Assembly: GCA_040754955.1 (NCBI GenBank) | Contig: JBFMCA010000002.1 | Span: 5,243-69,242, forward strand | Length of the DNA stretch: 64,000 bases | Direction: 5' to 3' | Source: Acidobacteriota bacterium | GTDB taxonomy: Bacteria > Acidobacteriota > Vicinamibacteria > Vicinamibacterales > UBA2999 | In this document: positions 8,378-17,697 of the stretch, one piece after another | Layout: every line of letters begins with the position of its first letter | Position numbering within the stretch: position 1 is the stretch's first letter | Notes under the pieces: model-generated | What the model was told of the DNA's origin: nothing | The model's input: the letters and a program-made list of their open reading frames with translations, nothing else | The model's database searches: none | Made by a program: the position numbers and the translations under genes

Positions 8378-10161
8378 CGCAGTTCCAGGAACAGGCGCCT
8401 GACCTCGACCCCGTGCCCGCCGCACAGCTCGCGGATCTGCGCTTCGCGGTCGGCCGAAATGGCGTTGCTGGAGATCAGCACCTCGTCGACGGACTCGGAC
8501 GCGAGCAGCCCCTCCAACGAGCCCACGTCGCCGCGCACGGGCACGCCGAGCACCACGCGCCCGGTCAGCGCCGGGTTGTCGTCGATGAATCCCAGCGTGC
8601 GCCGCGCCCAGTCCGGATTCGCGCGCATCTCGCGCACCAGCAGCTGGCCGCCGGACCCCGCGCCGTAGACGATCACGCGCTTCACTTCCTTGCGGCGCAG
8701 GTGGACGAGATCCCCCATGGCGCGGAACGACGCGCGCGTGCCGGCCACCGCGAGGAGCAGCAGCACCGCGTCGATGACGAACACGGCCCGCGAGAACCCC
8801 TGGAAGCGGTACAGGTAGGCCGCCGAGATGATCGACAGCACCGACCCCAGCAGGACGCCTCGGACGACCGCGAACAGGTCGGCCAGCCCGAACGTGTCCC
8901 ACGAGCGCGCGTAGAGACCCGACGCGTAGAGCGCTGCCAGCTTGCACCCGATCACCACGGGCAGCGACGCGGTGAAGTACGGCAGGAAGTTGTCGAGCGC
9001 CTCTCCCTCGAACCGCGTGCGGTACGCGGCGTAGTAGCAGACCGTGATCAGCACCAGGTCGAGGAGCACCTGGCCCGCGTGCCACCGGAAGGCCAGGTCC
9101 TTCAGGAACGGCGCGAATGTGGACTTCTGCAGCGCGAGGAAATCCTCGGCGTCGTACGCCGGAACGCGCGCCAGATAGATCCCGACGAGCACGACCGCGA
9201 CGGAGAAGAGACCGACGAGCGGCAGCATCTCGCGCAACCCGGCGGTGGCAACGGCATAGGCAACCAGGCCGCCCAACAGACCCACGACGTACAGGATGCG
9301 GACGGCGCTTCGCTCGGAGAAGCCCAGGGACACCAGGCGGTGCGAGAGGTGATCGGTCCCGCCTCGCGTCGCCTTCCGGCCCGCGAGCCGCCGCAGCACC
9401 AGGACGAATCCCGTATCGAACAGCGGAACCGTGAGCACCAGCGCGACGATCGCCGCGAGATGCGGCGCCGCCGCCCCGGCCTGCGGGAACGGGAGCAGGG
9501 ACGTGGACGCCAGCGACGCCCCGAGGAAGAGGCTGCCCGAATCGCCCATGAACAGCCGGGCCCGGTGCCGGTTCCAGTAGAGGAAGCCGAGCGTCGCGCC
9601 GGCCACGGCGCCGAGGAAGATCGTGATGCCGGCGCCGAGCTGCGGGCCGAGCAGGTAGGCGAGCCAGGCCGTGGCGACGAGCGCGATGCCGGCCGCGAGG
9701 CCGTCCATGTTGTCGAGCAGGTTGGTCGCGTGGACGATGCCGCCGAACCAGAGGAGCGCGACGATCGTCGCCGGCGAGGGAAGCGCGGTGTCGGTGCCCG
9801 GCGCGATCACGAACACCACCAGCGCGCCGACGATCAGCGAGGAGACCAGCTTGGCCAGGGGGGACAGCTGCAGCCGGTCGTCGAGGAGGCCGATGATGAA
9901 CATCGCCCCCGCCGAGGCCGGGACCGCCAGCTGCGCGGGCGCTGGCGCGATGCCCGTCCAGCCCCACGTGACGGCCGACGCGATCATGGCGGCCGCCGCA
10001 AAGCCGATCCCGCCCATCGTCGGCGTCGGGTTCGAGTGCCAGCGCTCCGGGCGGGGCGGCACGACGGCGCCCCCGGCGGTCGCCGCCCGCCGCACCGCGT
10101 CGCACAGGACCAGCGACAGGGCGGCGCCCAGTCCGGCGGCGACCAGGACGGCAATGAGCAC
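8374..10161 (-). CDS. Polyprenyl-phosphate HexNAc-1-phosphate transferase (WecA/MraY family) fused to a C-terminal membrane + Rossmann-like domain
   Basis: Motifs PTPTMGG, GLLDD, NLLDNMDGL, FMGDSGS and DHLSHRL. The C-terminal part has four TM-like helices, then VIVYGAGSGG..LGFIDD. Confidence 0.88.
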   Translation of the reverse strand: MLIAVLVAAGLGAALSLVLCDAVRRAATAGGAVVPPRPERWHSNPTPTMGGIGFAAAAMIASAVTWGWTGIAPAPAQLAVPASAGAMFIIGLLDDRLQLSPLAKLVSSLIVGALVVFVIAPGTDTALPSPATIVALLWFGGIVHATNLLDNMDGLAAGIALVATAWLAYLLGPQLGAGITIFLGAVAGATLGFLYWNRHRARLFMGDSGSLFLGASLASTSLLPFPQAGAAAPHLAAIVALVLTVPLFDTGFVLVLRRLAGRKATRGGTDHLSHRLVSLGFSERSAVRILYVVGLLGGLVAYAVATAGLREMLPLVGLFSVAVVLVGIYLARVPAYDAEDFLALQKSTFAPFLKDLAFRWHAGQVLLDLVLITVCYYAAYRTRFEGEALDNFLPYFTASLPVVIGCKLAALYASGLYARSWDTFGLADLFAVVRGVLLGSVLSIISAAYLYRFQGFSRAVFVIDAVLLLLAVAGTRASFRAMGDLVHLRRKEVKRVIVYGAGSGGQLLVREMRANPDWARRTLGFIDDNPALTGRVVLGVPVRGDVGSLEGLLASESVDEVLISSNAISADREAQIRELCGGHGVEVRRLFLELR

Positions 10162-10170
10162 GCGGCGACT

Positions 10171-11850
10171 CTACCGCATGTGGAACGGGGTCCCGCGCAG
10201 GATGCCGTCGCAGATGACGTCGAGCCCCGGACTTGCCCCCGGCTTCAACTGATCGAGGTTCTCGAGCCGCAGCTGGTAGATGGGATAGCCCGCCTTCGGC
10301 TCGATGAACGGCAGCGGGATCATGCGGTTGAAGAAGAAGTGGTAGGCGTAGCGCCTGGCGCGGGCGAGGCGCTCCGGGCTGAGCCGCTCGCGGAACGGCA
10401 AGCGGTCGAGCAGCCGGAAGTACTCCTCAGGCGAGGACGCGTCCCACGTGATGCCCTTGTTCCGCACCCACGCCTCCCCTGCCACAATGACCGGCAGGCC
10501 GACGCTCGACAGCTCCACGCCCATCTTGGTCCCATAGATGATGGCCGAGTCACACAACGACATGAGCGCGTACGTGCTGAGTCCGCTCTCCGGCGGAACG
10601 ACAATGACGTTCGACGGCAGGGTGGGCACGTGGCGCGCAAGCTCGCGCAGGATCGGCTGGCGGGAAACCGGGAAGCCGCTGACCTCCGCGGGGTGGACCC
10701 GGATCAGCAGCTGCAGGTCCGGCCGCGTCTCGAAGTACCGTACCGTCTGCACCAGCCAGTCCAGCATGCTCGGGAATGCGTTCGCTGGGTAATGGAGCTG
10801 TGCGTCCCAGCTCACGTTCGTGAGACAGCCGATTACCGGCTTGTCAGGCGCGAGGCCGACCTGTCCGGCGATTTCGTTCGGCGCACGCGTGTTCGGGCGG
10901 TGGAACACGATCCAATCGAAGAGCCCCTCGCGGCGGCTCGACAGATAGGACATGAGCTCGCGTTCCTGGGCCGGCTTCAACTCCTCGTCTTCCCAATGCT
11001 CCACCGGCTCGTTCATGAGCGTGTGGTGGTAGGTGTCGTCGTGGCTGAAGATGAAGCGGCGCTTGCGGTACGCGACGTTCCATGTGGAGAGGCGGACGCC
11101 CTCGCTCCGCGCCACCTCGCCGATGATGCCCCAGGGAACGTAGATGCCGTGTGTGACCGTCGCGACCTCGATGCGCTCCGTCTTGAACAAGCGGCGGGCG
11201 GCGTACGTGGTGAGCAGCGCCGACTCGACGTAGCGCCGCAGCACGGTCTCGCCCCTCGGCTCGTGCTCGATCGAGCCCGACGCGAAGAACCGCAGGGCGC
11301 CGGCCATGGCATGTTCACCGACGGCGATCCCGTCGACCTGCAGCGCGACCAGCTCCGACACCGGCAACGTGCGGGCGAGCGACGACGCGCCTGCGCGCTC
11401 CGCTGGCGTCACCCACTGGCCGTACGTATGCATCGTGATTCCGAGCTCGGCGTACACGCGCTCGGCGGGCCAGCGGCAGTCCCGGCAGAGGTCGGCCGAC
11501 GGGCCACGCCGGCCGAAGGCGTCGAGGTCGGGGTACAATGACGCGTCGCATTCTGCGCAAGCAGGCAGATCGGAATCGCAGAGCAGCGCCTGCACTTCGG
11601 CGCCCCGCAGCGTGAGCGCCACGGCGAGCACGCTCTCGAGCGTCACGGCATGCGCGTAGGCGCCAATGCTAGTGGCGAGCAGCACCTTTGGCCCTCCCTT
11701 CGCTGCGAGCCGGGCGGCATTCCATTCGGCGAGGTTGGCTGCAATCGCTCGGGACCAGTTGGGGTACGCGTCGACGCGGGCGTGATACCACCGTCGAGCG
11801 AGCCGCGACGCTCGCCACAGCACGGGGAACCGGCGGATGCCGTGTTTCAT
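10171..11850 (-). CDS. Capsule polysaccharide biosynthesis protein (KpsS/Capsule_synth-like GT-B)
   Basis: 559 aa, with motifs NVSWDAQLHY, LLIRVHPAE, STYALM and YGTKMGVELSSVGLPVIVAGEAW. Confidence 0.7.
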   Translation of the reverse strand: MKHGIRRFPVLWRASRLARRWYHARVDAYPNWSRAIAANLAEWNAARLAAKGGPKVLLATSIGAYAHAVTLESVLAVALTLRGAEVQALLCDSDLPACAECDASLYPDLDAFGRRGPSADLCRDCRWPAERVYAELGITMHTYGQWVTPAERAGASSLARTLPVSELVALQVDGIAVGEHAMAGALRFFASGSIEHEPRGETVLRRYVESALLTTYAARRLFKTERIEVATVTHGIYVPWGIIGEVARSEGVRLSTWNVAYRKRRFIFSHDDTYHHTLMNEPVEHWEDEELKPAQERELMSYLSSRREGLFDWIVFHRPNTRAPNEIAGQVGLAPDKPVIGCLTNVSWDAQLHYPANAFPSMLDWLVQTVRYFETRPDLQLLIRVHPAEVSGFPVSRQPILRELARHVPTLPSNVIVVPPESGLSTYALMSLCDSAIIYGTKMGVELSSVGLPVIVAGEAWVRNKGITWDASSPEEYFRLLDRLPFRERLSPERLARARRYAYHFFFNRMIPLPFIEPKAGYPIYQLRLENLDQLKPGASPGLDVICDGILRGTPFHMR

Positions 11851-11859
11851 CGCGGAGGA

Positions 11860-12570
11860 CTACAGCGCGGGCGCCTGCGCTCCCGCCGGAGTGTCGACGA
11901 TGCGCTCGAAGACCGAAGGCTCAGGGAGGTGGTCGAGCGCGAGCCACGCGCCGTGGCTCCGGAGATCGGCGGCGGAGTACGCGCCCGTCGCGACGGCGAT
12001 GCAGCGCGCGCCGATGGCCCGCGCGCAGGAAATGTCGTGGGGCGTGTCGCCGACCACGAACGCGTGGCCCGGCTCGATCATCGCCTCGGGGAACTTCTCG
12101 CGGACCGCCGTGAGCGCGCGCATCGCGATGCCCGCGCGGGATCCGGTGTCGGACGAGAACGATCCGCCCTCGAAGTACTGCTGGAGGCCGTAGTGGGCCA
12201 GCTTGGCGGCCGCACCGGCCGCCGTGTTCCCGGTCAGCAGCATCGAGTGCACGTCCGGGCGGCGCTCGCGCAGGTGCTGCAGGATGGCGTGCACGCCTTC
12301 GAACACGCGCCCCCGCCTGAGCGGGAGGCGCGCGGGGAGCTGCGATTCGTAGACCGCGATGAAGCGCGACACCACCGCGTCCTCAGGCGTGACGCCGGCC
12401 TGTTCCAGGATCGCCACCGCGATCTGGTGGTCGGTCAGCCCGTCGATCTTGAGCGATGCGAAGTCGAGCCCACGCCCGGTCACCTCGCGACAGGCGTCCT
12501 CAAGCGCAAAGACGCCGGCCCGTGCCGTCGTGAGCAGCGTGCCGTCGATGTCCCAGAAGACGACGATCAT
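11860..12570 (-). CDS. HAD-superfamily hydrolase (phosphatase)
   Basis: Motif I WDIDGTLL, LLTGN and VVGDTPHDI. ATGA-type overlap with the transketolase stop. Confidence 0.9.
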   Translation of the reverse strand: MIVVFWDIDGTLLTTARAGVFALEDACREVTGRGLDFASLKIDGLTDHQIAVAILEQAGVTPEDAVVSRFIAVYESQLPARLPLRRGRVFEGVHAILQHLRERRPDVHSMLLTGNTAAGAAAKLAHYGLQQYFEGGSFSSDTGSRAGIAMRALTAVREKFPEAMIEPGHAFVVGDTPHDISCARAIGARCIAVATGAYSAADLRSHGAWLALDHLPEPSVFERIVDTPAGAQAPAL

Positions 12571-14513
12571 GCTTTGCTGACGGGCACGGCGGCCTTGATC
12601 GACGCGACGAGGCCGTCGACGTCCAGCCGGTGGTAGCGCAGCACCTCGTCGTTGGTGCCGCACTCCGGCAGCTCCTCGACGCCCAGGCGCGTCACGTGGG
12701 CCGCCGGCGACAGACCCAGCCGCGCGATGGCTGACGCGATCATGTCGCCCTGCCCGCCGTGCACGTAGTGGTTGTCGAGCGTGATGATCTGCCTCGTCGT
12801 CCCGATCGTCTCGCGCAGCCACGCTTCGTCGATCCGGTTGAGCCACGGCAGGTTCACGATGCGGAGCGCGATGCCCTCGCCCGCCAGGCGATCGGCCGCC
12901 TCGAACGCGTTCGCGAGCAGCCACGGCCCGTAGCCGAACACCACGGCATCGCTGCCCTCGCGGAGGGTGACGCCGCGTCCCGCCACCGCCGTGTACCCGG
13001 CCGGCAGGCTGAAGGGCACGGGCCAGCCGAGCGAGACCAGGCGCAGGTACGCGCTCTCGTCGGTGCCGTTCACCATGAAGTCCACCAGCGCGTGGACCTC
13101 CTGCTCGGTGCAGGGCTCGGCCAGGATCAGCTTCGGCACCGACCCGAGCGCCGAGATGTCGCGGACCGACTGGTGCGAGTGCCCGGGGCCGCCCGGCAGC
13201 AGGCCCGCGAGCGATCCGACGTAGATCACCTTGGACGACTCGCTGCACTGGTTGTAGATCTGCTCGTTCGGGCGCGCGGCCAGGAAGCACGCGAAGGAAT
13301 GGGCGATCGGCAGCACGCCACGGCGCGCCATGCCGCACGCCATCGACACCATGTCCTGCTCCGCGATCCCGCACTCGACGAACCGCTCCGGGAACTTCGC
13401 GCGGAAGTCGACCAGGCCACAGTCCTTCACGAGGTCCGCGTCGAGCACCACGATCTTCTGGTGCTTCTCGGACTGCGCGATGAGCGCCTGCGTGTAAGCA
13501 GACACCAAGCGTTCGACCTTGAGCACGGGCTTGCGCGGTGGGCGCTGGCCGGACTGCAGCTTCACCGCACCGAGGCCGGCGGTCGCGAACAGGCGGTTCG
13601 CCTCGGCGATCAGCTCTCTCGATCCGCGCGCGTACTCGTCCTCGTTCGGCGCGCCCGAATGGTAGTTGTAGAGCTCGCCGGGCTCGAGCGCAGAGCCCTC
13701 CATGAAAGACACGCCCTTGCCCTTCACCGTGTCGGCGATGACGATCTTGGGTCTGTCGGTGACCGACGCGAGCCGGCGAAAGACCGCTGCGATGGCCGCC
13801 ATGTCGTGGCCATCCACGCGCTCCACATGCCAGCCGAACGCCGTCAGTTTGGCCTCGAGGTTCCCGAGATCGTTCACCTCGTGCACCCAGGTGTCCGACT
13901 GGATCTTGTTGTGGTCGACGATGGCCGTGATCTCGTGCAGGCCCATGTTCGCCGCCGACGGGAGCGACTCCCAGACCTGGCCCTCGTGCAGCTCGCCGTC
14001 GCCGGTGAGGACGAAGACCCTGGCGTCCTTTTTCAGCAGACGGTTGGCGAGCACCATGCCCTTGGCTTTGGAAATCCCCATGCCCAGCGAGCCCGTGTTC
14101 GCCTGGACGTACGGTGTCTCCACGTGCGGGTGCCCAGGGAGGCCACGCAAACGCCGCAGTTGGTGGATCTTGTCCTCCTCCATCAGACCCATCCCGATGA
14201 GCGTGGTGTAGAGCGCCGGCGAATCGTGGCCCTTCGACGAGAAGAAGATGTCGCATTGCGTCGGCCCCTTGTCGAGGTTCCGCAGCTCACGCAGGAACAG
14301 CCAGGTCATGATCTCGACGGAGCTGAAGCTCGTGCCGATGTGGCCCGACCACGCCCGCGCGATCATGTAGAGCGTGTTCAGGCGCGATAGAGCCGCGAAG
14401 GCTTGCGCCTCCATGATCGGGTCGAGGCTGGCTGCTCGGAGCCGCTGGTACTCGCTCAGCGGGGCATAGAAGAGTTCATCGGAGGTGACGACGTCGAGTT
14501 GCTGTTCACCCAT
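12567..14513 (-). CDS. Transketolase-like TPP enzyme (N- and C-terminal halves fused)
   Basis: Motifs SGHIGTSFS, SKGH, LPGHP, TGSLGMG, GDGELHEGQVWE..DHN, ECGIAEQDM, GHSHQ and YLRL. Confidence 0.9.
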   Translation of the reverse strand: MGEQQLDVVTSDELFYAPLSEYQRLRAASLDPIMEAQAFAALSRLNTLYMIARAWSGHIGTSFSSVEIMTWLFLRELRNLDKGPTQCDIFFSSKGHDSPALYTTLIGMGLMEEDKIHQLRRLRGLPGHPHVETPYVQANTGSLGMGISKAKGMVLANRLLKKDARVFVLTGDGELHEGQVWESLPSAANMGLHEITAIVDHNKIQSDTWVHEVNDLGNLEAKLTAFGWHVERVDGHDMAAIAAVFRRLASVTDRPKIVIADTVKGKGVSFMEGSALEPGELYNYHSGAPNEDEYARGSRELIAEANRLFATAGLGAVKLQSGQRPPRKPVLKVERLVSAYTQALIAQSEKHQKIVVLDADLVKDCGLVDFRAKFPERFVECGIAEQDMVSMACGMARRGVLPIAHSFACFLAARPNEQIYNQCSESSKVIYVGSLAGLLPGGPGHSHQSVRDISALGSVPKLILAEPCTEQEVHALVDFMVNGTDESAYLRLVSLGWPVPFSLPAGYTAVAGRGVTLREGSDAVVFGYGPWLLANAFEAADRLAGEGIALRIVNLPWLNRIDEAWLRETIGTTRQIITLDNHYVHGGQGDMIASAIARLGLSPAAHVTRLGVEELPECGTNDEVLRYHRLDVDGLVASIKAAVPVSKA

Positions 14514-14551
14514 GATCGGTAGCCGGTCGCCAGTAAATCGGAAGTCAGCAG

Positions 14552-15322
14552 TCAGGAATCCGCCCGCTGCCAGGGCACCTGCGGCACGTGCGGTAGCCGC
14601 GCTGCGCCGCTCTCGAGCAAATGCTCGGCGAGGAGCCAGTCGAACTTGTCGTTGATGTCGAAGCCTTCCATCTCGTCGGTCAGGAAGGGCACGAGCGTTT
14701 CCCCAGCGATGGTACGGCCCTGGAAGACGATGCGCGACCAGGCGATCTCCAGGCTGGCGTTCTGGACGTACACGAGGGGCAGGGACTGGTACTGGCTGCT
14801 GTGCCAGGGTTGCTCTTCCGGCCCGAACGGCAGGAGCGGGAGCAGACGTTGGCCACGGATGACCCACATCTTGCCGGGATGCTGCGTGCACTTCTCCACG
14901 GCGCGCAGCGAATCGACGCCGGGGCTTCCAATGAAGGTCTGCCAGGCCCGGCGGAGCGTCTCCGGCGTGCGGAACGGGCTCGTGGGCCGAAGCAGCGAGA
15001 ACGCATCGAAGGCCCGGCCCTCGTCCCGCAGCCGGCCGAGCGTGTATTCCACCCACTCGATGTCGGGGCTCGTGTCGCCCGCCATCTCGGCCGGCCGGAG
15101 GAACGGCACCTCGGCACCGTAATGCCTGGCGATCTCGGCCACCTCGTCGGAATCGGTGGAGACGATCACCGTGTCGAAGATGCCGCTCTCGATCGCGGGT
15201 GCAATCGTGTACGCGACCATCGGGTGCCCGCCGAGCACGCGGATGTTCTTCCCGGGCACCCGCTTGGAGCCCATGCGCGCGGGGATGAGCGCCACCACCC
15301 TAGTCGTGTTGGTGTTCGACAC
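14552..15322 (-). CDS. neuA: CMP-ulosonate (acylneuraminate) cytidylyltransferase, copy 1
   Basis: Motifs IPARMGSKRVPGKN, VSTDS, LLRPTSPFR, YVQNAS and DIND. Confidence 0.9.
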   Translation of the reverse strand: MSNTNTTRVVALIPARMGSKRVPGKNIRVLGGHPMVAYTIAPAIESGIFDTVIVSTDSDEVAEIARHYGAEVPFLRPAEMAGDTSPDIEWVEYTLGRLRDEGRAFDAFSLLRPTSPFRTPETLRRAWQTFIGSPGVDSLRAVEKCTQHPGKMWVIRGQRLLPLLPFGPEEQPWHSSQYQSLPLVYVQNASLEIAWSRIVFQGRTIAGETLVPFLTDEMEGFDINDKFDWLLAEHLLESGAARLPHVPQVPWQRADS

Positions 15323-15339
15323 GATCGCGCCCGCGCCTC

Positions 15340-16812
15340 CTAGACCGCCCCCGGGTTGTGCGCGATGTACACCGTCTTCCAGTCGGAGTACACGTCGAGC
15401 GCCTCGGTGCCGGCCTCCCGCCAGCCGTTGCCCGACTGCCGCAGACCGCCGAAGGGCATGTGCGGCTCGCTGCCGTAGGTGCCGCCGTTGATGCTTGCAA
15501 CACCCGCCTTGATGCGGGTGACGAATGTCATCGCGCGATGGATGTTCCGCGTGTGGATCGCGGCGGTCAGCCCGAACGGCGAGTCGTCCGCGATTTGCAT
15601 CGCGTCTTCGAAGCCCTTGACTCGGTAAAGGCACGTAATGGGCCCGAAGAGCTCGCTCCGCGTGATCTCCGCCTCGGGCGCCGCGTTCTCCAGGATGGTT
15701 GGGGCGACGTAGTAGCCGTCCTTGTGCGCCGCATCCGTCAGGCGAGCGCCTCCGGCGAGCACGGTCACGCCCTCGGCCCTGGCCCGATCGACGGCCGCGA
15801 GCATCTGCTCGAGCTGCCCCTCGTTGATGACCGGCCCGTAGAAGTCGTCATCGCCGTTGCCGACCTTGAGCGCCTTCGCGGCTGCGACGAAGCGCGACTT
15901 GAACTCGTCGTAGACCGCGTCGAACACGAGGATGCGGCTTCCGGATGCGCAGCGCTGGCCGGCGTTGCTGAACGCGGACCCGAGCGCCCACTGCACGGCG
16001 AGGTCCAGGTCGGCGTCGTCGCAAACGATGAACGGGTTCTTGCCACCGAGCTCGAGGCAGACCTTCGCCATGCGGCGGCCGCACATGGCGGCGATCCAGC
16101 GACCGACGTCGCACGAGCCGGTGAAGCTGACAACCGCGACGTCCGGGTGCTCGACGATCGGCGCCCCCGCTTCATCGCCGAAGCCATGTACCGTGTTGTA
16201 GACGCCCGCGGGCAGGCCGGCTTCCTGCGCGAGCACGTGCCATGCCCACGCGGTGGCGGGCGTGTCCTCCGAGGCCTTCATGATGGCCGCGTTGCCGCAC
16301 AGCAGCGCGGGGAACGCCTTCCAGGCGACGTTCGCGATGGGCGTGTTCGCGGCGATGATGAGCCCCGCGATCCCGAGCGGCTGGCGGATGGTCATGGCCG
16401 TGCGGTTCGGCATCGCGCTCGTCGTCGTCCGCCCGTAGAAGCGGCGGCCTTCGCCGGCGACGAAGAAGCCCATCTCGATGGCCGCATCGGTTTCGCCGAG
16501 CGCATCCTTCTTCGACTTGCCGGTCTCGCGCGCCACAATGGCCGCCAGCTCGTCGCGGTGCTGCTGCATCAGCTGCGCTATTCTCCGCAGGACGTTGCCG
16601 CGCTCGACGACGGTCTTCGTCGCCCACGCGGGCTGCGCCGCCTTCGCGGCGGCGATGGCGGCCTCGATGTCCGCCGTGCGCGAGCGGGCGACGTCGCACA
16701 CCTTGCGGCCATTCGACGGATCGAGTTTCGGAAACGTCTCGCCGCCCGCGGCGGGGCGATCCTCGCCGTTGATCTGGTTCGGGAGTACAGCCGGAATGGT
16801 CAGGTCAGCCAT
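15340..16812 (-). CDS. NAD(P)-dependent aldehyde dehydrogenase
   Basis: Motifs FTGS, LELGGKNP, NAGQRCAS, ELFGP and PFGGLRQSGNG. Confidence 0.95.
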   Translation of the reverse strand: MADLTIPAVLPNQINGEDRPAAGGETFPKLDPSNGRKVCDVARSRTADIEAAIAAAKAAQPAWATKTVVERGNVLRRIAQLMQQHRDELAAIVARETGKSKKDALGETDAAIEMGFFVAGEGRRFYGRTTTSAMPNRTAMTIRQPLGIAGLIIAANTPIANVAWKAFPALLCGNAAIMKASEDTPATAWAWHVLAQEAGLPAGVYNTVHGFGDEAGAPIVEHPDVAVVSFTGSCDVGRWIAAMCGRRMAKVCLELGGKNPFIVCDDADLDLAVQWALGSAFSNAGQRCASGSRILVFDAVYDEFKSRFVAAAKALKVGNGDDDFYGPVINEGQLEQMLAAVDRARAEGVTVLAGGARLTDAAHKDGYYVAPTILENAAPEAEITRSELFGPITCLYRVKGFEDAMQIADDSPFGLTAAIHTRNIHRAMTFVTRIKAGVASINGGTYGSEPHMPFGGLRQSGNGWREAGTEALDVYSDWKTVYIAHNPGAV

Positions 16813-16853
16813 GAGGTCTTTGAACGTGGAACTCTCCCACTTGTCACTGGCAC

Positions 16854-16873
16854 CGCGGGGCTGAAGCCCCGCG
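16854..16873. repeat. REP-like palindrome (CGCGGGGCT-GA-AGCCCCGCG)
   Basis: Perfect 9-bp inverted repeat with a 2-nt centre, 11 nt downstream of the SDR stop in the intergenic gap. No U-tract. Confidence 0.6.
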
Positions 16874-16884
16874 ATCCGGCGCGT

Positions 16885-17697
16885 TTACCAGGCCGTGAAC
16901 CCGCCGTCCACTCGCAGCTCCTGGCCGGTGACGTAGGATGAGGCCTTCGACGCGAGGAAGACGAGCGGGCCGACGAGATCGGCGGCCTCGGCCATCCGGC
17001 CGAGCGGGACGCGCTCAGCAAACTTGCGCTTGAACTCCGGATCCTGGCCGCCCAGGACGCCGCCGGGCGACAGCGTGTTCACGCGCACGCCGTGCTTGCC
17101 CCACAGCGTGGCGAAGAACTTTGTCATCTGCACGACGGCCGCCTTCGACGCGCCGTACGACGGCACCTTCAGGAACGGCGGATCGCCGGGAAAGTGATCG
17201 TAGAAGCGCATGTCGGGGGACACCGACGCGTACAGCGAGCCGATGTTCACGATCGACCCGCGCCCCTGCCCCACCATGGCGCCGCCGAACACCTGGATGA
17301 CCTGAAACGTCCCCGTGAGGTTCACCTCCACCATCCGGCGGAAGAGGTCGACGGGCATGTTCTGCACGAGGAAACGGCCCGTGCCCTTGTCGGGAGGCTG
17401 GTCGATGCCGGCGTTGTTCACCAGCACCGTCGGCGCGCCGAGTTCGGCCGCGATGCGGTCGCGAGCACCCTCGATCGCCGCGCGATCGGTGACGTCGCAG
17501 TCGTACGAGCGAAGCCGCCCAGCGTCGCGCCGCGCCTGCACGGCAGCGAACCCGGCCGATGGTTCAGCGCCAGGCCGATCCAGCCCGGCGACGGCAGCGC
17601 CGGCGTCGAGCAGGGCCTCGATCCAGATCGGACCGAGCTTGCCCTTGGCGCCCGTGACAACGGCGACTTCGCCCGCCAGCGAGAATGGCCCGGTCAC
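16885..17697 (-). CDS. Short-chain dehydrogenase/reductase (SDR)
   Basis: Motifs VTGAKGKLG, LVNNAG, VNIGS, YGASKAA and RVNTLSPGG. Confidence 0.93.
   Translation of the reverse strand: MTGPFSLAGEVAVVTGAKGKLGPIWIEALLDAGAAVAGLDRPGAEPSAGFAAVQARRDAGRLRSYDCDVTDRAAIEGARDRIAAELGAPTVLVNNAGIDQPPDKGTGRFLVQNMPVDLFRRMVEVNLTGTFQVIQVFGGAMVGQGRGSIVNIGSLYASVSPDMRFYDHFPGDPPFLKVPSYGASKAAVVQMTKFFATLWGKHGVRVNTLSPGGVLGGQDPEFKRKFAERVPLGRMAEAADLVGPLVFLASKASSYVTGQELRVDGGFTAW

Noticed and set aside
10166-10178. ops-like sequence (GCGGTAG) at the end of the capsule gene
   Set aside because: It does not match GGCGGTAGnnTG, and it consists of the last codons and the stop of a CDS.
8413-11541. 1042-aa + strand ORF, and many other long antisense or alternate-frame ORFs (e.g. 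45989-47887, 12759-14390, 60156-61748)
   Set aside because: Shadow ORFs of GC-rich minus-strand genes. They have no recognisable motifs and completely overlap well-supported CDSs.
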